From contig NW_003314273.1 in the NCBI RefSeq assembly GCF_000143415.4, forward strand, positions 2,604,719 through 2,668,718: DNA of 64,000 bases, given 5' to 3'. Below the pieces are notes generated by a model. It ran no database searches and was not told where the DNA came from. It worked only from the letters and a program-made list of their open reading frames with translations. The DNA is from Selaginella moellendorffii (Eukaryota > Plantae > Lycopodiophyta). Below, piece by piece: positions 51,233 to 64,000 of this stretch. Position numbers and translations under genes: made by a program. The first letter of the stretch is position 1. Each line of letters opens with the position of its first letter.

Positions 51233-52020
51233 TTAAATGATGCTAAACGCCCCCATGGGCGTGATCCGAACAGAACCGGATGGGCACGTCGAATAGATGA
51301 CACCGATGCCTTTCATATATGATCTGGTACTTGCATATCCAAAGAACGAGACTATGTTGCCTGGTGCCGTTTCGAAGAAAGTGCCGCTCTTCGAATCACC
51401 AAATGGACCATATGTTTTGGTTACACCAGTTTTCATGTTCTTGACATGCACGGTCAGCGAAACAACACCTTCTCCCGCCCCACCAGCACCGCAGGTTTTG
51501 TCTGTTCCAGTTGTACCTGATAACTTGTAAATGTACTCGTCCGAGCTCACAGAGATCTGCAAGAAAGAAATTGATAATGTAAGAAAAACGTTAGCTTAAA
51601 ACAGACCTCGTAGAGTGTGCCTCTCAGACCAGCTTGCGGAGGCGGCTTTGGTAAGCATCCTGAACAGGAGTTCGTTCCATACATTTGAGTCCAAGAAGAA
51701 CCCGAAGGCTTCCACTGAATGGCATCAACCACACAACCGCTGATTATGCGTAGCCCCTCCAGTGGCGTACTCGTAAGACTTCCACTGAAGGGAGTACCAC
51801 CACTAGTAGTACCATATAAAGGAGACTTGCAAGGTGGAGGCGGTGGAGGCGGCGACGAACACCATGGGACTTCGTTGCCACAGTTTCCCCATGGACTACA
51901 GCAGGGGTATGCCTCCGGGCAGTCAGCGTCGGATGAACATGAACCAGGAGGAGGGGGTGATGATGGTGTTGCCGATACCAGCAAACACAGTGCAAAGAGC
52001 GCTAGAGCACGAAGAAGCAT
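51233..52020 (-). CDS. Secreted chimeric lectin: signal peptide, SP4, 6-Cys hevein-like domain, SP7 linker, jacalin-like domain; 245 aa; exons 52020-51607 and 51556-51233
   Basis: Hydrophobic N-terminus; CSSDADCPEAYPCCSPWGNCGNEVPWC; jacalin-type G..GG.PF, IISGCVVDAIQ, EYIYKLSG, VVSL, KTYGPFG, IVSFFG and GIGV. A 50-bp GT-AG intron joins the two ORFs in frame. Confidence 0.85.
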
Positions 52021-52754
52021 GGTTCCAATGACTTATGCAAGTCACAGCAATGCAAGCACACATTTATAGGACTGTAAAGCAGCGACTGATTGTTTTCAGC
52101 AGGCACCGCTGCGTGTTTTCAGACCTGTGGTCCGCCCATGTGATCTCGGCCGCCTCAGTTGGCCTTGTCAGAGATACTTGTCACCATTTTAGATGGACCA
52201 CAGAGGCAAAGCCTAATTTACAAAGTGAACACCACCACCAGGAACACTATTCCTTCTTCAGGTTCCACATGCATGGCTCTGGTCCAAGATTTCGAATCTG
52301 TACGTAATAAGTCGTCCAAAGATACTTGATGTTCAATTGTAAACGAATAAGGTAAGGTAAGCTGTAGTTTTACAGCGAGCAGCCCACGTCCACAGCAATG
52401 ACAGCTCTCATGTATCAGATGCGGCGGCCATGTACATTCGAGTTGGAAGTTCGTGCATCTAAAACAAGAGCAAAGCTGCGGTTTTCCTTTAGGTGGTTTG
52501 TTCGTTCCGACGAAGCTGGTTCTACTAGCATTTGTGGGGATCTCTAAACAAAAGATAAGTGAAATCATTTTCCAACTTATCCTCTCGATCGATCGCGAGC
52601 TCTCAATCAAAACAGTGTGGTGCTTTTGTCTCGCGCTCGCAGCAACGGCATCGTTGGCCATTTCCACCAGCCAATCATCAGGCGCTGCAAAACGTTGCCA
52701 GCTGAATCCATCGAGCTTTCCGTTGCGAGTTTGTTGTTTTGGTTCCATGTCGAC

Positions 52755-55232
52755 TCACGGGCTCCATGTGTCCCGCCTCGGACGGGCCGGATGATCTGAG
52801 CTCTCCGGACGCAAGCGGCTTTTAGCGTGTCTGGATTGAATTGGAAACAAACTTAAGTTTCTCGAGCAAAGCCATCGCAAAACTCTACCTGGAGCTTTCC
52901 TCCCACCGCATCGGCACTCGGGGACTTCGCTCTCGCCGGGCAGCTGCCAAAGCGAGGCCAGAAAAGACATAAAGAAGAGTATAGTAGCTTGGCTTTTCTT
53001 TACCTTGTCCAATATTTCTGCGATCTCGTCCACCGTGTTTTGCATGACAGTCAAGGTTCTTCTCATCTCCTCGTTTAAAACGGCCGTGAGATCGGCATCC
53101 GGCACTTCAGAGAAGTCGCCAAGAAGGCCCTCCTCTTCAAACAGCTGCCTGACGATCTCCACTACGTCGTCCAGATTTGGTGTCTTCTTGGAGAGAGCCA
53201 CCTTCAGCTACGATGGAAAAACACGATTATCACTGCCAGTAAGTAAAAACAACACAAGAAAGAAAGATTACCTTTTCAAGCATGCCACTGCTGGCCTCTC
53301 GCCCAACCGCGAGTTTGGCTGCTGGATTGTCTGCAAAAAAAGCCGTCTAGATGATCGTTAAGCACGTAGATTACTCTATACCTTCTCCAGTTAACGAGTG
53401 AATTCGAGCGTTGAGCATTATGACTTGAGACCTCAAGCGTTCGCATTCTCCCTCCGCTTTGAGGAGTGCCTGCTCTAGATCATATCTTGATCTCTCAGTG
53501 TTGACCCTGGGCTTGTTTTTTATTTCCTTGGCCCTGTCTTCGCATTCATAAAGGCCGGCCCCTTGCTTAAAAATTGGAAAGCTTTTTACCTTAGTCCAAA
53601 GCGTAGCGTAGAGAGCGTTTCGGCTGCATTATATGAGCCCGAAGAGCAGCAACAAAGCAGAGTCGTCCGTGAGTTTCCACCCTGCGCGGCATAAGATCAA
53701 AAGAACATATGAATTTACTGTTAACGCTCGAGAGTTACCAAGGACTCTTGCAAAATCCTCGTCAGCTTTGAGTCACGGTAAGGTACATGGCACGCTTTCT
53801 CTGCGAAAAACGATTGCATTCTTTTGCCAGCCACGAAGATTGCTTACCACAGGTCAAAGCATTTATCACATTTCCAAGAGCTGACAACGATTTGTTGATT
53901 GTCTTAGCCTCCGTTAGGAGCTTTCCTTCGGCGCATGTTTTCTCCACTTTCTCAGATCCAGCAAGGTCTACCAGGAACAACTTTCCGGTTTTCACGCTGC
54001 AAAGAGACGATGATAAATAAGATCTTATCCCTCACGAAAAGAAGGGAGCGCTTCTTCGACCTCCTGTCCTCCGAGTTCGTTTGCTGAATGGTTATCAAGA
54101 ACACACAGTGGCTTCTGCTGCTATTGGCGTTCATATCTGAAATGTTAGGAGACACACGCAGCAAGTCTTGATAAGCCTCAGGATACTCGTCGCTCCCACA
54201 GCTCTGTTCAAGATTCCTGCCTGTGCATAAGCTTAAGTTAGCATGGCCAAAGCAGCAATCAATCAATTGTAGGTACCTTCACAGTCTTGAGCATCTCTTC
54301 CTCCGACTGAAGATAAACCTGTCACTAAGCAATCAGCACTCGAGTTAATCTAAGACGGACGGTCTCCTCACCTCTGAAGCACCAGCGACAAATATTCCGC
54401 GTGTTTTATCTTCCTTTACTTGAAGGTTGTCCTTGGTCGAGTCCAAAAGATCTCTGCATGACAATGACGAAGTATTCAAGTCTCGAGCAACTTCAAAACC
54501 ATCGCAGCCTCGACCTTATTCTCTCCATGTAGATCTCCACCTATTCACAAGCGAATATAAGAAATACAAAACGATATACGAACACCTTACCATGGACAGC
54601 TTGATGATAAACTCGTACACCGGGTCAGCAGTCTCTATGTACTGGAAAATCCATCGTGCCACCCTCGGTAGAATTCCCTCTTGGCCAGGATCATCAGTGC
54701 CCTGCGACATCTCTCCACGAAATGACCCGCAAGAACAGCCGAAATATTACCTCCATACTGAAAGTCTTTCCAGCACCAGTCTAGAAACGAAAAACCAGAG
54801 AAGAAAACAGTGACATGGGTACCTCTCATCGCATGAATGATTCGTGAGAGTACCTGTCCATACGCAAGAACCGTCCCGTTGATGGCATTCATAGCATCTG
54901 CGTTTAAAAATCCAATGAGCAACGAATTAAATCTCACAAAGCGAAGGCAATTGATCAAACCTTACCCTGCACAATTGGAAGGGCGACGAAGTCAAAGACA
55001 TCGCCTTGAGGCGATCCCTCGTTGAAGACCCTGTCAAAAGAAAACCCGATCGCTCCCTCTTTGTCGTCCTGAATGAAATCGCGATTGTAAATCGTCCAAT
55101 GCAGCTGGCGCTCACCTTGAAATCGAAGGATCGATCGTCCAGGATGTGAATGCGGCTAGATTTCGCTCCAGTGCTCGCGATCTCCCGGGAATTGCACGGC
55201 CGGAAGCGAACGCAAACGGAAACACTTGACAT
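52755..55232 (-). CDS. Kinesin-1 (KHC/PSS1-like) motor protein, multi-exon; 3' end approximate
   Basis: [106 protein letters not shown]. Short tail. Confidence 0.85.
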
Positions 55233-56149
55233 TGAGACAAAACCCTATTTCTACTGAAGTACAATTAGTTTAAAGTATTGCCCTAAAATCTATATCTCTT
55301 TTTGTTTGGCTTCCGAGCTCAGTTGGTGGTGCAGCTGGATAATGTCTATCACAGAAGTGGAAGGAACTTATTGATCATGCAAAATAACTCTAGCCCAGTT
55401 TAGCTCTGAATTTTCTTCTAATATTTTTTTAATGGGCTGTAGCTCACCCATTAACTTGATCCAGCCGTTGGCAGCCGTCGGCAGCTGTCGGATCAAGTTA
55501 ATAGAAGAGTACCATGAAAATTGAACAAAGAGAAAAGGAAAAACAAAAGAGCCCTAACTTAAGCAAGTGGTTTGAATTTAAACTAATTTGAAAATTATCA
55601 AAATCCCACTATACAGCATCAAAACCATATAACTAAACCTCATGGTCTAGATTGTATAGAAATGATAGACCAATGGACAGCCAAGATTTAGGATGGCAAT
55701 TCTTGCATTCTTGCTTGATACTCACCTGGAAGGAGGAGTTTCCAGGTAGGGCAAGCACATTCCTGGGCGAGCCAGGCATTAGCCTGGCGAGTGTGTTCGG
55801 GAGGGAATGAGTGAGCCCATGCCTGGTTAATAGGTTGTGGTGAGACTGTTAACAGACACATGGGATAACATTATTCAAGGATGAGAGGGTTCTCTAGAAC
55901 CTGGCAGGTGGCAACCAGGTTCTTGCAAAGAACCTCCTCCTTCTCCTCTTTAGACTTTGAAGTAGTAGTTGTAATTGTTTGATGTTATGCAATTATAACA
56001 CCAATTAAATTTAGTTAATGGTGGGGTTCACAATACATGGTGTAATTTTTTTTCTTTTGCTTGTCTGGCCAAATTTCTTTAATGGGAATCTTAAAGATGA
56101 TGTGTATTATTGGTTTGATCACTTTATAATGAGCAACCAACCTCACATC

Positions 56150-59100
56150 ATCCCCTTCTTTTAGAAGGATAAAAGGTAATTAGGATTATTTAGTGGGTTA
56201 AAATCTAAAGAAACATTAGGAGGAGGCATTGGTGGATTTATAGACAATGTGATTTTTTTAAAATCCTTTTGTACAAAGCATTTAATTGCTATATATACAT
56301 AATTTTTTAAGGATTGGTTTATTAATGTTGTAGTGAATCTCATAATTTGCAATCCAACTTACCACAATATTTGATATGGTCCTTTCTACTGAGCAAGAAG
56401 CCCATTAGACAAACCACATACTATAACATTGAGAAAATGAATTAACACTATATAATTTATTTTATACTTTATAGGTGGACAATGATGAAAGTTGTAGCCC
56501 CATTGTTATCCCACTTATACATAGCCTAAGTGTTCAACAAACTTTATTTAAATAAGTGGGCAAATGCTCATCAAATATTGATCCCAAGACCTAACATTAG
56601 TACCTTATAGTAATCCTAGAGGTAAATTAAACACCATTTTGGCAATATCAAATCATAATTATATAAGAGTTTATATTGTGAAACATCAGTGGAACTCTAT
56701 ACGCTTATGATATTTATATACACAAGAAATAACAAATAACCATCCTAATTCGAATGTTAGAAGTTTGAGATTAGTCAAATGCCTTGTTGACTGGCCGAGA
56801 TTTCGAGGATATCAGTTGGTTCATATATTTCACAAATTTTTTTTTAAGGTTTGAATAAGCCATTCCACTAAACTATTTATTTATGGATGATAAACACTTA
56901 TAAAAATGTGATGTATCCCCAATCAAAACATCAAGATATGAAATACCCCAGACATAAATGCAAGACTATTATCTAAAAGAATCCATTATAAACAAGAATG
57001 TTGAAACACCACTCAATTGAAGAGGAAATACTTAACAATTATTGTACATGCATTGGTAAGAGCATGAAATTCCACTTAATAAGTCAAATAGTCAGAAGGA
57101 ATAATGATGTAGTTATTGCCAGTTGACTATGGCAATGATTCCATTAGATCAAATGCCACCAACTCAAATAGATAGGAAACTGCAATTAACTCTAATTATC
57201 ATTTTGTAATATGAGAGGGAGTATTATAGGTTTCACACCAAATGCAACTATATATATACTAGATAATATTATATTATATATTCTGCTAATAAAAAGACTT
57301 GTGTAGCTTCTTAGTCATACAACAATATTCCATATGCCCACTATGTAAAAGTTATAATAAGCATGGGAAATATGTGGAATAAAGATCAAAGGCACTATTA
57401 GCTATAAATGGTCATTAAGATTAGTCCTCATAAAGTTATAAATGTTGTCACAAAATTATGAGAATATAAATTTTTAAATAATAAATCATTAGCAAATAAT
57501 GTAGAATTCTCAAATCCAGCACAAAGTCTTTGTATCTATGATTTAACCTTTTAAGCCTTATAAACCTCATTAAAAGAAAGTAATTCTAGTTTACGAAACA
57601 CTAAATATTAAATATAGTAACCGTTGATGGTGATGAAGGAAGAAAAAGAGTTTTAGATTTTATTTCTCCAATACAAGATTTTAAATGATCTCTTTTATAA
57701 TCCATATTTGGTACTCCTTTAGGTGTTTTCTAGGATCCATTGGTGCTTGTTGCATGATTATCAGGTATTATCCATATGTGGAAATCCCTGTCATGAAGTG
57801 GTGACGTGATCAAAAGTGATCTTTTGGTGAAGGGGGTTGACAAAGATTTTAGCCTTTCTCTATGCTATTATAAAGTTATTGTATCCAAATTTGGTGGTTA
57901 GTAGTGCACCATCTCTATATGCTTTGTGCTTTAAGAGAAAGAGAGAGGAGAGGGATTTCTATTAACTCTTAATTTTATATTTTTCAAAGAAGTAAGACTT
58001 AAAGAAAGATTATTGCAAAACTAGAAAAGAAAACTTAAATTAAAATCACTCCATACTTCATGCTCTAATGCTTTGTGTCATGAAGGGCTCCTCCTTATAT
58101 AGTCCTTAAAACATAGTTTATGTTTTGTTGTTGATATCATAAAATATTGATGTAGGAAAGGTTAGATTTATATGACTAATATATATTACATAAGAAAATA
58201 TTTTTAAATGGTGGCAGAAATCTTTGCAAGGTTGGAAGGTATGCTTAAATATAAGAGTTATATAAGAAATCATTTTACAAAGATGGTGGAACATAAGGTA
58301 CGTAGAGTGGATAGGTAATAGAATGAATATAAGATATAGAAAAAAAAAGAGTGTTTTTGAGGTTATAAAGAAAAGGTGGTGGTAGAATAGTAAAGTGGTT
58401 GGTAGGGGTATAGGGGGGATGATTTTATCTATATACACCTTGTACATATATATATTTTTGACTTTGAATATGGCATTTTTGGCTGAAGATTCCCATCACA
58501 ATGATATAGGATTCTCATTTAGCAAATCCATTAATCATAGAATAATAAGCTTGTTAGGAATATGAGAAGAGAGCAAAGACGGGAGAGAAGCTTAAGAAAG
58601 GGTGTTAGCATCAATTGTAGAACTCCCCTAGCAATAAATAACATCGAAGCTTCAAAATTCATCAAATAACATGATTGACTAAGTTTTTTTGCTACAATAA
58701 TGAAGTGACTGCAATAATAACATTTAAGAACTATGCAAGTAAACATAAAGCTTTTTGAAACCCTAAATAGCTCTTAGACACTCTTTTTCTATTGCGGAGT
58801 AGTTCACTTATGCTGGTTGCAATGTATGATTGATATATAAGATGAGATGATGCTGACTTCACACACTCGTACTCTCTTACATCAACATACTTTTGAAACT
58901 AATATTGAAAGTATTCATATACAAGATGAAAGGTCAAGTGTAGTAAAACTAAAGTATCCATCAACACCTCTTTGAGATTCATAAATACTCACTCACAATC
59001 CTTGGACAAGGAGAAAGATAATATTAATAACTTCAACAATACTTGCAATATTGAAATGCTACTAGAAATATAATCAATAAAATGACTAAGATATTACATT

Positions 59101-61100
59101 TTGCTAAGGAAGCATTATATATTGGTCACATACTTTAAAGTAAAAAACTTCAAAATAGCTATAAGAATTTGCAAACTTTGGTAAAAAATGTGGCATCCAA
59201 GCTAAGTTATGTCCTTGGACCTAAATATACACTTTAAAACCAACTTTTTGTAACTAATTCAATACTTTGCAAATATCATGGATGTGCTCCTCCCATATCC
59301 TTTTCAAGTGGATCAAGACATTATTGATGAAATTAGTAATCACCTTCAGCATATTACAAAGAACCTCATCTATCATCTGCTAAAAAGTCACGAAAGCTCT
59401 GAACAAATTAAACAACATTACTAATAAAAACTAAATGAGGTATAGAAAATAATTTTGGAAATATCTTCTTTAGCCATTGGTACTTGCCAATACTTAAAAA
59501 TAATATTCAACTTAGTGAACTAACAACTTCTCCCTAAATTATCTACAAGATTAATAATGTAAAGAAGAGAGTACACATCTGGGATTATCACATTATTTAA
59601 TGGTAGTCAACATAAAATTAAATATTCTCATCAAAATTTCTCATAATATAAGGTTTATATACCCAAAGATTCCAAAACTTTTAAATAACACCTTTCTCAA
59701 ACATTTACTTGTAAGGTCTTAATATGTTTTAGTGATCAACACTGAAAAAAAACCTTGATCAGACTAGCATCCCTAGTTAGAATAAGATGACATATTGCAA
59801 TCTTCACCCCACAAAATCAAAGAGATCAACATACTTTTACTTAAGCCAGTCATGCCATAATATAAAGACTGTTTGAGAGGGTGAATAAGAAGGAAACATG
59901 GTAAGAAATAATCAAGAGATTAAAGTAATGGAAGTAGAAGTAGAAGCTAAAAGATAATATAGAATAAAAATGAGAGGAATAAAAGAAATATAAGGAACTA
60001 CAAAGCAAGAGAGAGAAGCCTCAAAATCACATTTGGCATAATTTTGTTGCAACTAATTCATACCAAGGATGAAATCAAAAACTTTACTCAAAACCATTTG
60101 TAATGATTGGAACTCAAACTTAAAATCACCCATATGCACAACTAAACCCACCTAATCCCACATACACATATGTGTATGGCCATTGCCATAGATAATGAAG
60201 ATTAACTTTGTTATACAATTAAATATAGATAGTAACATCTGGCAACAAATTGAGTAATAGAAGATAAACTTAAATATATGTATCAACTAATACAAAGAGG
60301 ATTTTAAAGGATCTCTTGTTATAAATTTGAGCTTGGAAAGTGAATATTGGATGAATTGGTGGCAAGTGAACCCCTTGATAATATTCCTAGAAAAAGGATA
60401 GAGGGGTCATTGACTTATTCACATAAAATCTTTTATTATTTATATAATTCCTTGTTTCTTGTAAAATTTTTAATATCAAGACCTTCCACCATAGTAGTAC
60501 TAATAAAACATTGTTAACACCAAAGCCTCCACCCAAGAAATTAAAGACACTAATCTAGGATCTACTGATAATGCCAATATGTATAGCTAACCTTATCACA
60601 TGCCTAACAATGAACATTACAACTATAATTATATCCTCGTCTATAGGCAACAATATTATCAACTTCCATTAGAATATGATCACCTCCCACAAGAGGAGTT
60701 GAAGCATATTCAACTACAAGTGGGAGAGATGATATCTTATGACATTATGTTAGTGGAAGAGTATTGTTAAAGGTGGTTGGGGCAAGTGTATCCATAAGTC
60801 CCAAAAGATTTTGATGAAGTGTTAGCCACAACATACAAAATTTGATCAGCCCTAACATATTCAGTTCCACATGAAACAATAGACTTTAAAATATATTTAG
60901 CTCCATATGAAACAATAGACTCCGAAATAACTATGCTTGACTTAGATGGCCCTTGATTACGCAATTGCTAAAAAACATCATAATAGTTATTAGTATGTCC
61001 AAATATGCACTTAAAGTTGTATGGGAGTCTATGCTTAAACCATTATTGCAATGCCATCCCTTAAAGATATAAGGGAAACTTGCATAAATACTAAATATCA
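56150..61100 (-). mobile_element. Highly degenerate Ty3/gypsy element remnant
   Basis: PPT-like AAAAGAAGGGGA-TGATGTG (minus) at ~56145-56163. Integrase remnant at 56160-57400 resembles 5430-6600. Faint gag-like (GMALQ.WF..QLRNQG) and protease/RT traces further right. Boundaries are uncertain. Confidence 0.55.
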
Positions 61101-61351
61101 TCCTAAGTGACAATATAATGTTATATATTATTATTAACATTGTGGGATTTTAATAGCCATTAGTTGGTTTCAATCTGGACTAATATATAAACTAGGGTTT
61201 TCTTTCTGCACATTTAGTTTTTAATATAAAATCTAAGTTGTCCACCATAAAAGTTAGGCTGTTAACATTATTTAAATGAAAGCTGAAAATCTCCAAATGA
61301 TATGAGCTGTCCCATAATTAACTAGTGATATAGCAATTGACTAATAAGGTA

Positions 61352-61639
61352 ATGCTTTATTTTGTTAAAGTGGAACTTATTCAGTAAAGTGGGACATTAA
61401 TTAGCATGTGTCCACATGCCATTTCCTAGTACTTAATTAATATTTATTAATATTTCTATCAGTTTTTTAATTTATTTTTTTATATTTCACAATATTATAA
61501 CACAAAATCATATGAAAAGTTTTTAATTTATAAATTATAAAGCTAAAACTTCAATTTTTTATTGTTGTTATAAAAATGGCATGTGGCCACACACCATAAG
61601 TGGGATAATGAAAAGTTCCACTTTAACAAAATAAAGCAT
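61352..61639. mobile_element. MITE-like inverted-repeat element (~290 bp)
   Basis: 27-bp perfect TIR ATGCTTTATTTTGTTAAAGTGGAACTT, an inner IR CCACATGCCATTT/AAATGGCATGTGG, and an AT-rich core. TSD not clear. Confidence 0.75.
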
Positions 61640-62175
61640 AGTATCAAAATCACAAAAGCAAAGAGGGATTTTATATATGGGGTTATTATCCCACATCTAG
61701 CATATGAGGTGTAAATTTTCCATATGCCAAGTCACTCACACTTACTCTTGCCATGAAACACACAACACTTACTCTTGCCACGTGTGTTGAATGTACTCTT
61801 CCAACTTGCGACACTCACCTCCAAGATTGTGGTTTTGGGAACCACAACAGTGAACAGTCTAGAGATAGTTGCAACATTGAACAAACACCTCCCATTGTAG
61901 CATATCTTGGATATTGTACCAAGGGAACCCACCAACAAGGACACCATCCTCATGACAAAGTTGAGCAACATCTTGAAATCATGAGTGGGCTCCACTTAAC
62001 AAAAAAAACAAAGAGACTGTTAGCAATATTGCAATCAAGAACACCCACGAGGCAGCCATCTTGGCTCTGGATCGTTCAAGAAGCCCGCGAGTTCACTTGG
62101 TGGTAGATGCAGAAACCTCTCTTGGAACCTGGGGCTAGTTCACCGAACATAATTTTTTTAAACTTTTAATGCGCA

Positions 62176-63938
62176 TCACATTTTACTGAGTACAAGCGGC
62201 ACTCCATGCATAGGCTTCAAGCCAAACTTCATTGCAGGATTATGGCGGTAGCTTGGTGAAAGCCGGAACAAGAATCGCTGTAGTATCATAGCCAGAATGA
62301 CTTTGGCTTCGATCATCGCAAACGACTGGCCCACGCAAACCCGCGGCCCAAACGAAAACGGCATGAAAGCATTGGGATGCTTGCACGCTCTTGAGATCCC
62401 ATCTTTGAAGCGATCCGGATTGAATTGGCCTGCATCTTCTCCCCAGAGCTCCTTATCCTGATGCAATCCAGCGATTGCAAACGACACAGATACTCCTTTT
62501 GGAACGTGTAAATCTTGCAGCCAAGACTCCTCCACACACTCCCTGGTCACCTCGTTTGCTGGTGGATACAGCCGCAGGGTTTCATAAAGGATCATTCCCA
62601 CCTGTTCAAGAATCAAGAAGTTAAGTTTTGGAATTACGAGATATTGATCGACTTACAAGCTTGAGCCTGCTGACACTCTCGTCATCAGGAATCTCATTGC
62701 CACATACTTCGTGTACCTCAGCACGGGCACGTTCTTGCCATTCAGGATAGCCTCCCAGTAGCATCAAAGTCCAGGTTAGTAAGGTGGCTGTGGTCTCATG
62801 CCCCGCAATGTAGAATGTCTTGCATTCCTCTATCAGATCCCTGCTTGTGAAATTACTGCTGCTGTCACACTCCTTTAGCATCAATCCGAGTAAGTCATTC
62901 CCGTATGTATTGCTCCTCCCTGACTTCACTGAGTTCCGACGCTCGTCTATGATCCCAGTGATCAGAGAATCCAACTCCTGATGAAGCTTCCACAGGCGGA
63001 GGTTGACTGGAAGTGGGAGAAACCTGTAAGCAAGTGATTATGATTCAGTTCAATAGATGATCCAGCATACCTGAAGCCTGGAATCCAGGAAAAGCTGATG
63101 AGTCTGGGCACTAGCTCTGGGACTTTCTTAGACAATATCTCGAAAACTCTCTGCCCTTTGAGATAGCTAGTTCCAAATGCTGTATGGGAGATAACGTCTC
63201 CTGTGAGCTTACGCACCTCTCCAGAGATTTCAATCTCGGGATTCTGCTGTCTCGTAGCTTCCCATTGATCAAGCATGCGAGATGCGCACCCTGCGATTGT
63301 ACCGGTCATTTGCTGTGTACAGGAGAATAAAAAACACTTATCAGCCAGACTTCATTGGAAGATAATAGTATGAATATCCACTTTAATACGTTCATGAAAA
63401 AATGCCGGTGCTACGAGTCGGCGGTGATGACTCCATTCCTCTCCAGTAACAAAAACCAATCCACGACCAAAGAACAAGTTCGCCAACCGCAGCTCGGCCT
63501 CCGATTTATCAAACTGAGACAACTTCTTAGACAAAACCTCCCTTACGATCTCGGGCTCCGAGACCGATATCCTTGGCTCAGTTCCCCACCAGAACACAAA
63601 TCTCTTCCCTGGACCATGATCATCAGAAACGAAACTTTGAGATTCATCAGTGATGACATGAACGTACCATATTGCTTCTGCCATTTGAGCAACGCAGGAT
63701 GTACCCGATGGAAGACGTCGTGGCTGAAACTTTCCATGTCGTGATCCTTGATGGCGCTCCTCATGTTCTGGATTTCAGCTATTTGGCCTACCATGAATCG
63801 GGGTGGAGGCCCCTGAATGCCCTCCTTCTTCAGCTGCGTGGCGATCGCCCTGGGGCGCCACCAGTAGACCGTCACGAATCGCCATAGCACTGCAGTGAAG
63901 AGGATGATGCAAATGCTCAAGATCCATCTCTCTTCCAT
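62176..63938 (-). CDS. Cytochrome P450, CYP72 clan, 510 aa; exons 63938-63668, 63608-63382, 63312-63071, 63023-62657, 62601-62176
   Basis: N-terminal membrane anchor, GI.GPP hinge, AGHETT, ETLRLYPP, PDRF, FSFGPRVCVG. Five GT-AG exons sum to 1533 nt in frame. Confidence 0.93.
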
Positions 63939-64000
63939 ATTTGCTGGACTAAGGGTAAAATGTGTGGGAGATGGGTGAGTGCATTTAAGCCAAGCGGATG

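Noticed and set aside
52218-52748. 176-aa minus-strand ORF downstream of the kinesin
   Set aside because: The homologous region in the duplicate (48430-48860) is not kept in frame and has no domain signature; probably 3' UTR or intergenic.

Overview
Plant nuclear DNA. The 50-70 bp introns and compact genes suggest a lycophyte such as Selaginella (inference, not proven). Transposons and local duplications dominate the window. Genes that look intact: a group-A (ABI5/ABF) bZIP factor (47029-48228 +), a secreted hevein-like/Ser-Pro/jacalin-like chimeric lectin (51233-52020 -), a kinesin-1-type motor (~52755-55232 -) and a CYP72-clan P450 (62176-63938 -). Broken copies: a second CYP, a kinesin duplicate, two F-box copies, ABI5 5' fragments, a CHD3/PICKLE-like PHD-chromodomain fragment split by a hAT, and a WEE1 kinase carried inside a Helitron. 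Mobile elements: a full hAT (8-bp TSD), a compact Ty1/copia with 87-bp LTRs, two copies of an ORF-less LTR element with 1.1-kb LTRs, a TRIM, two head-to-tail Helitrons, Ty3/gypsy remnants and MITE-like elements. The best candidates for novelty are the hevein-jacalin lectin architecture, the Helitron-captured WEE1, the non-autonomous LTR family with a hairpin-rich pre-PPT domain, and exact Em1a ABRE motifs in two unrelated LTR families near an ABI5-type gene. All calls come from reading the sequence by eye; no database searches were run.
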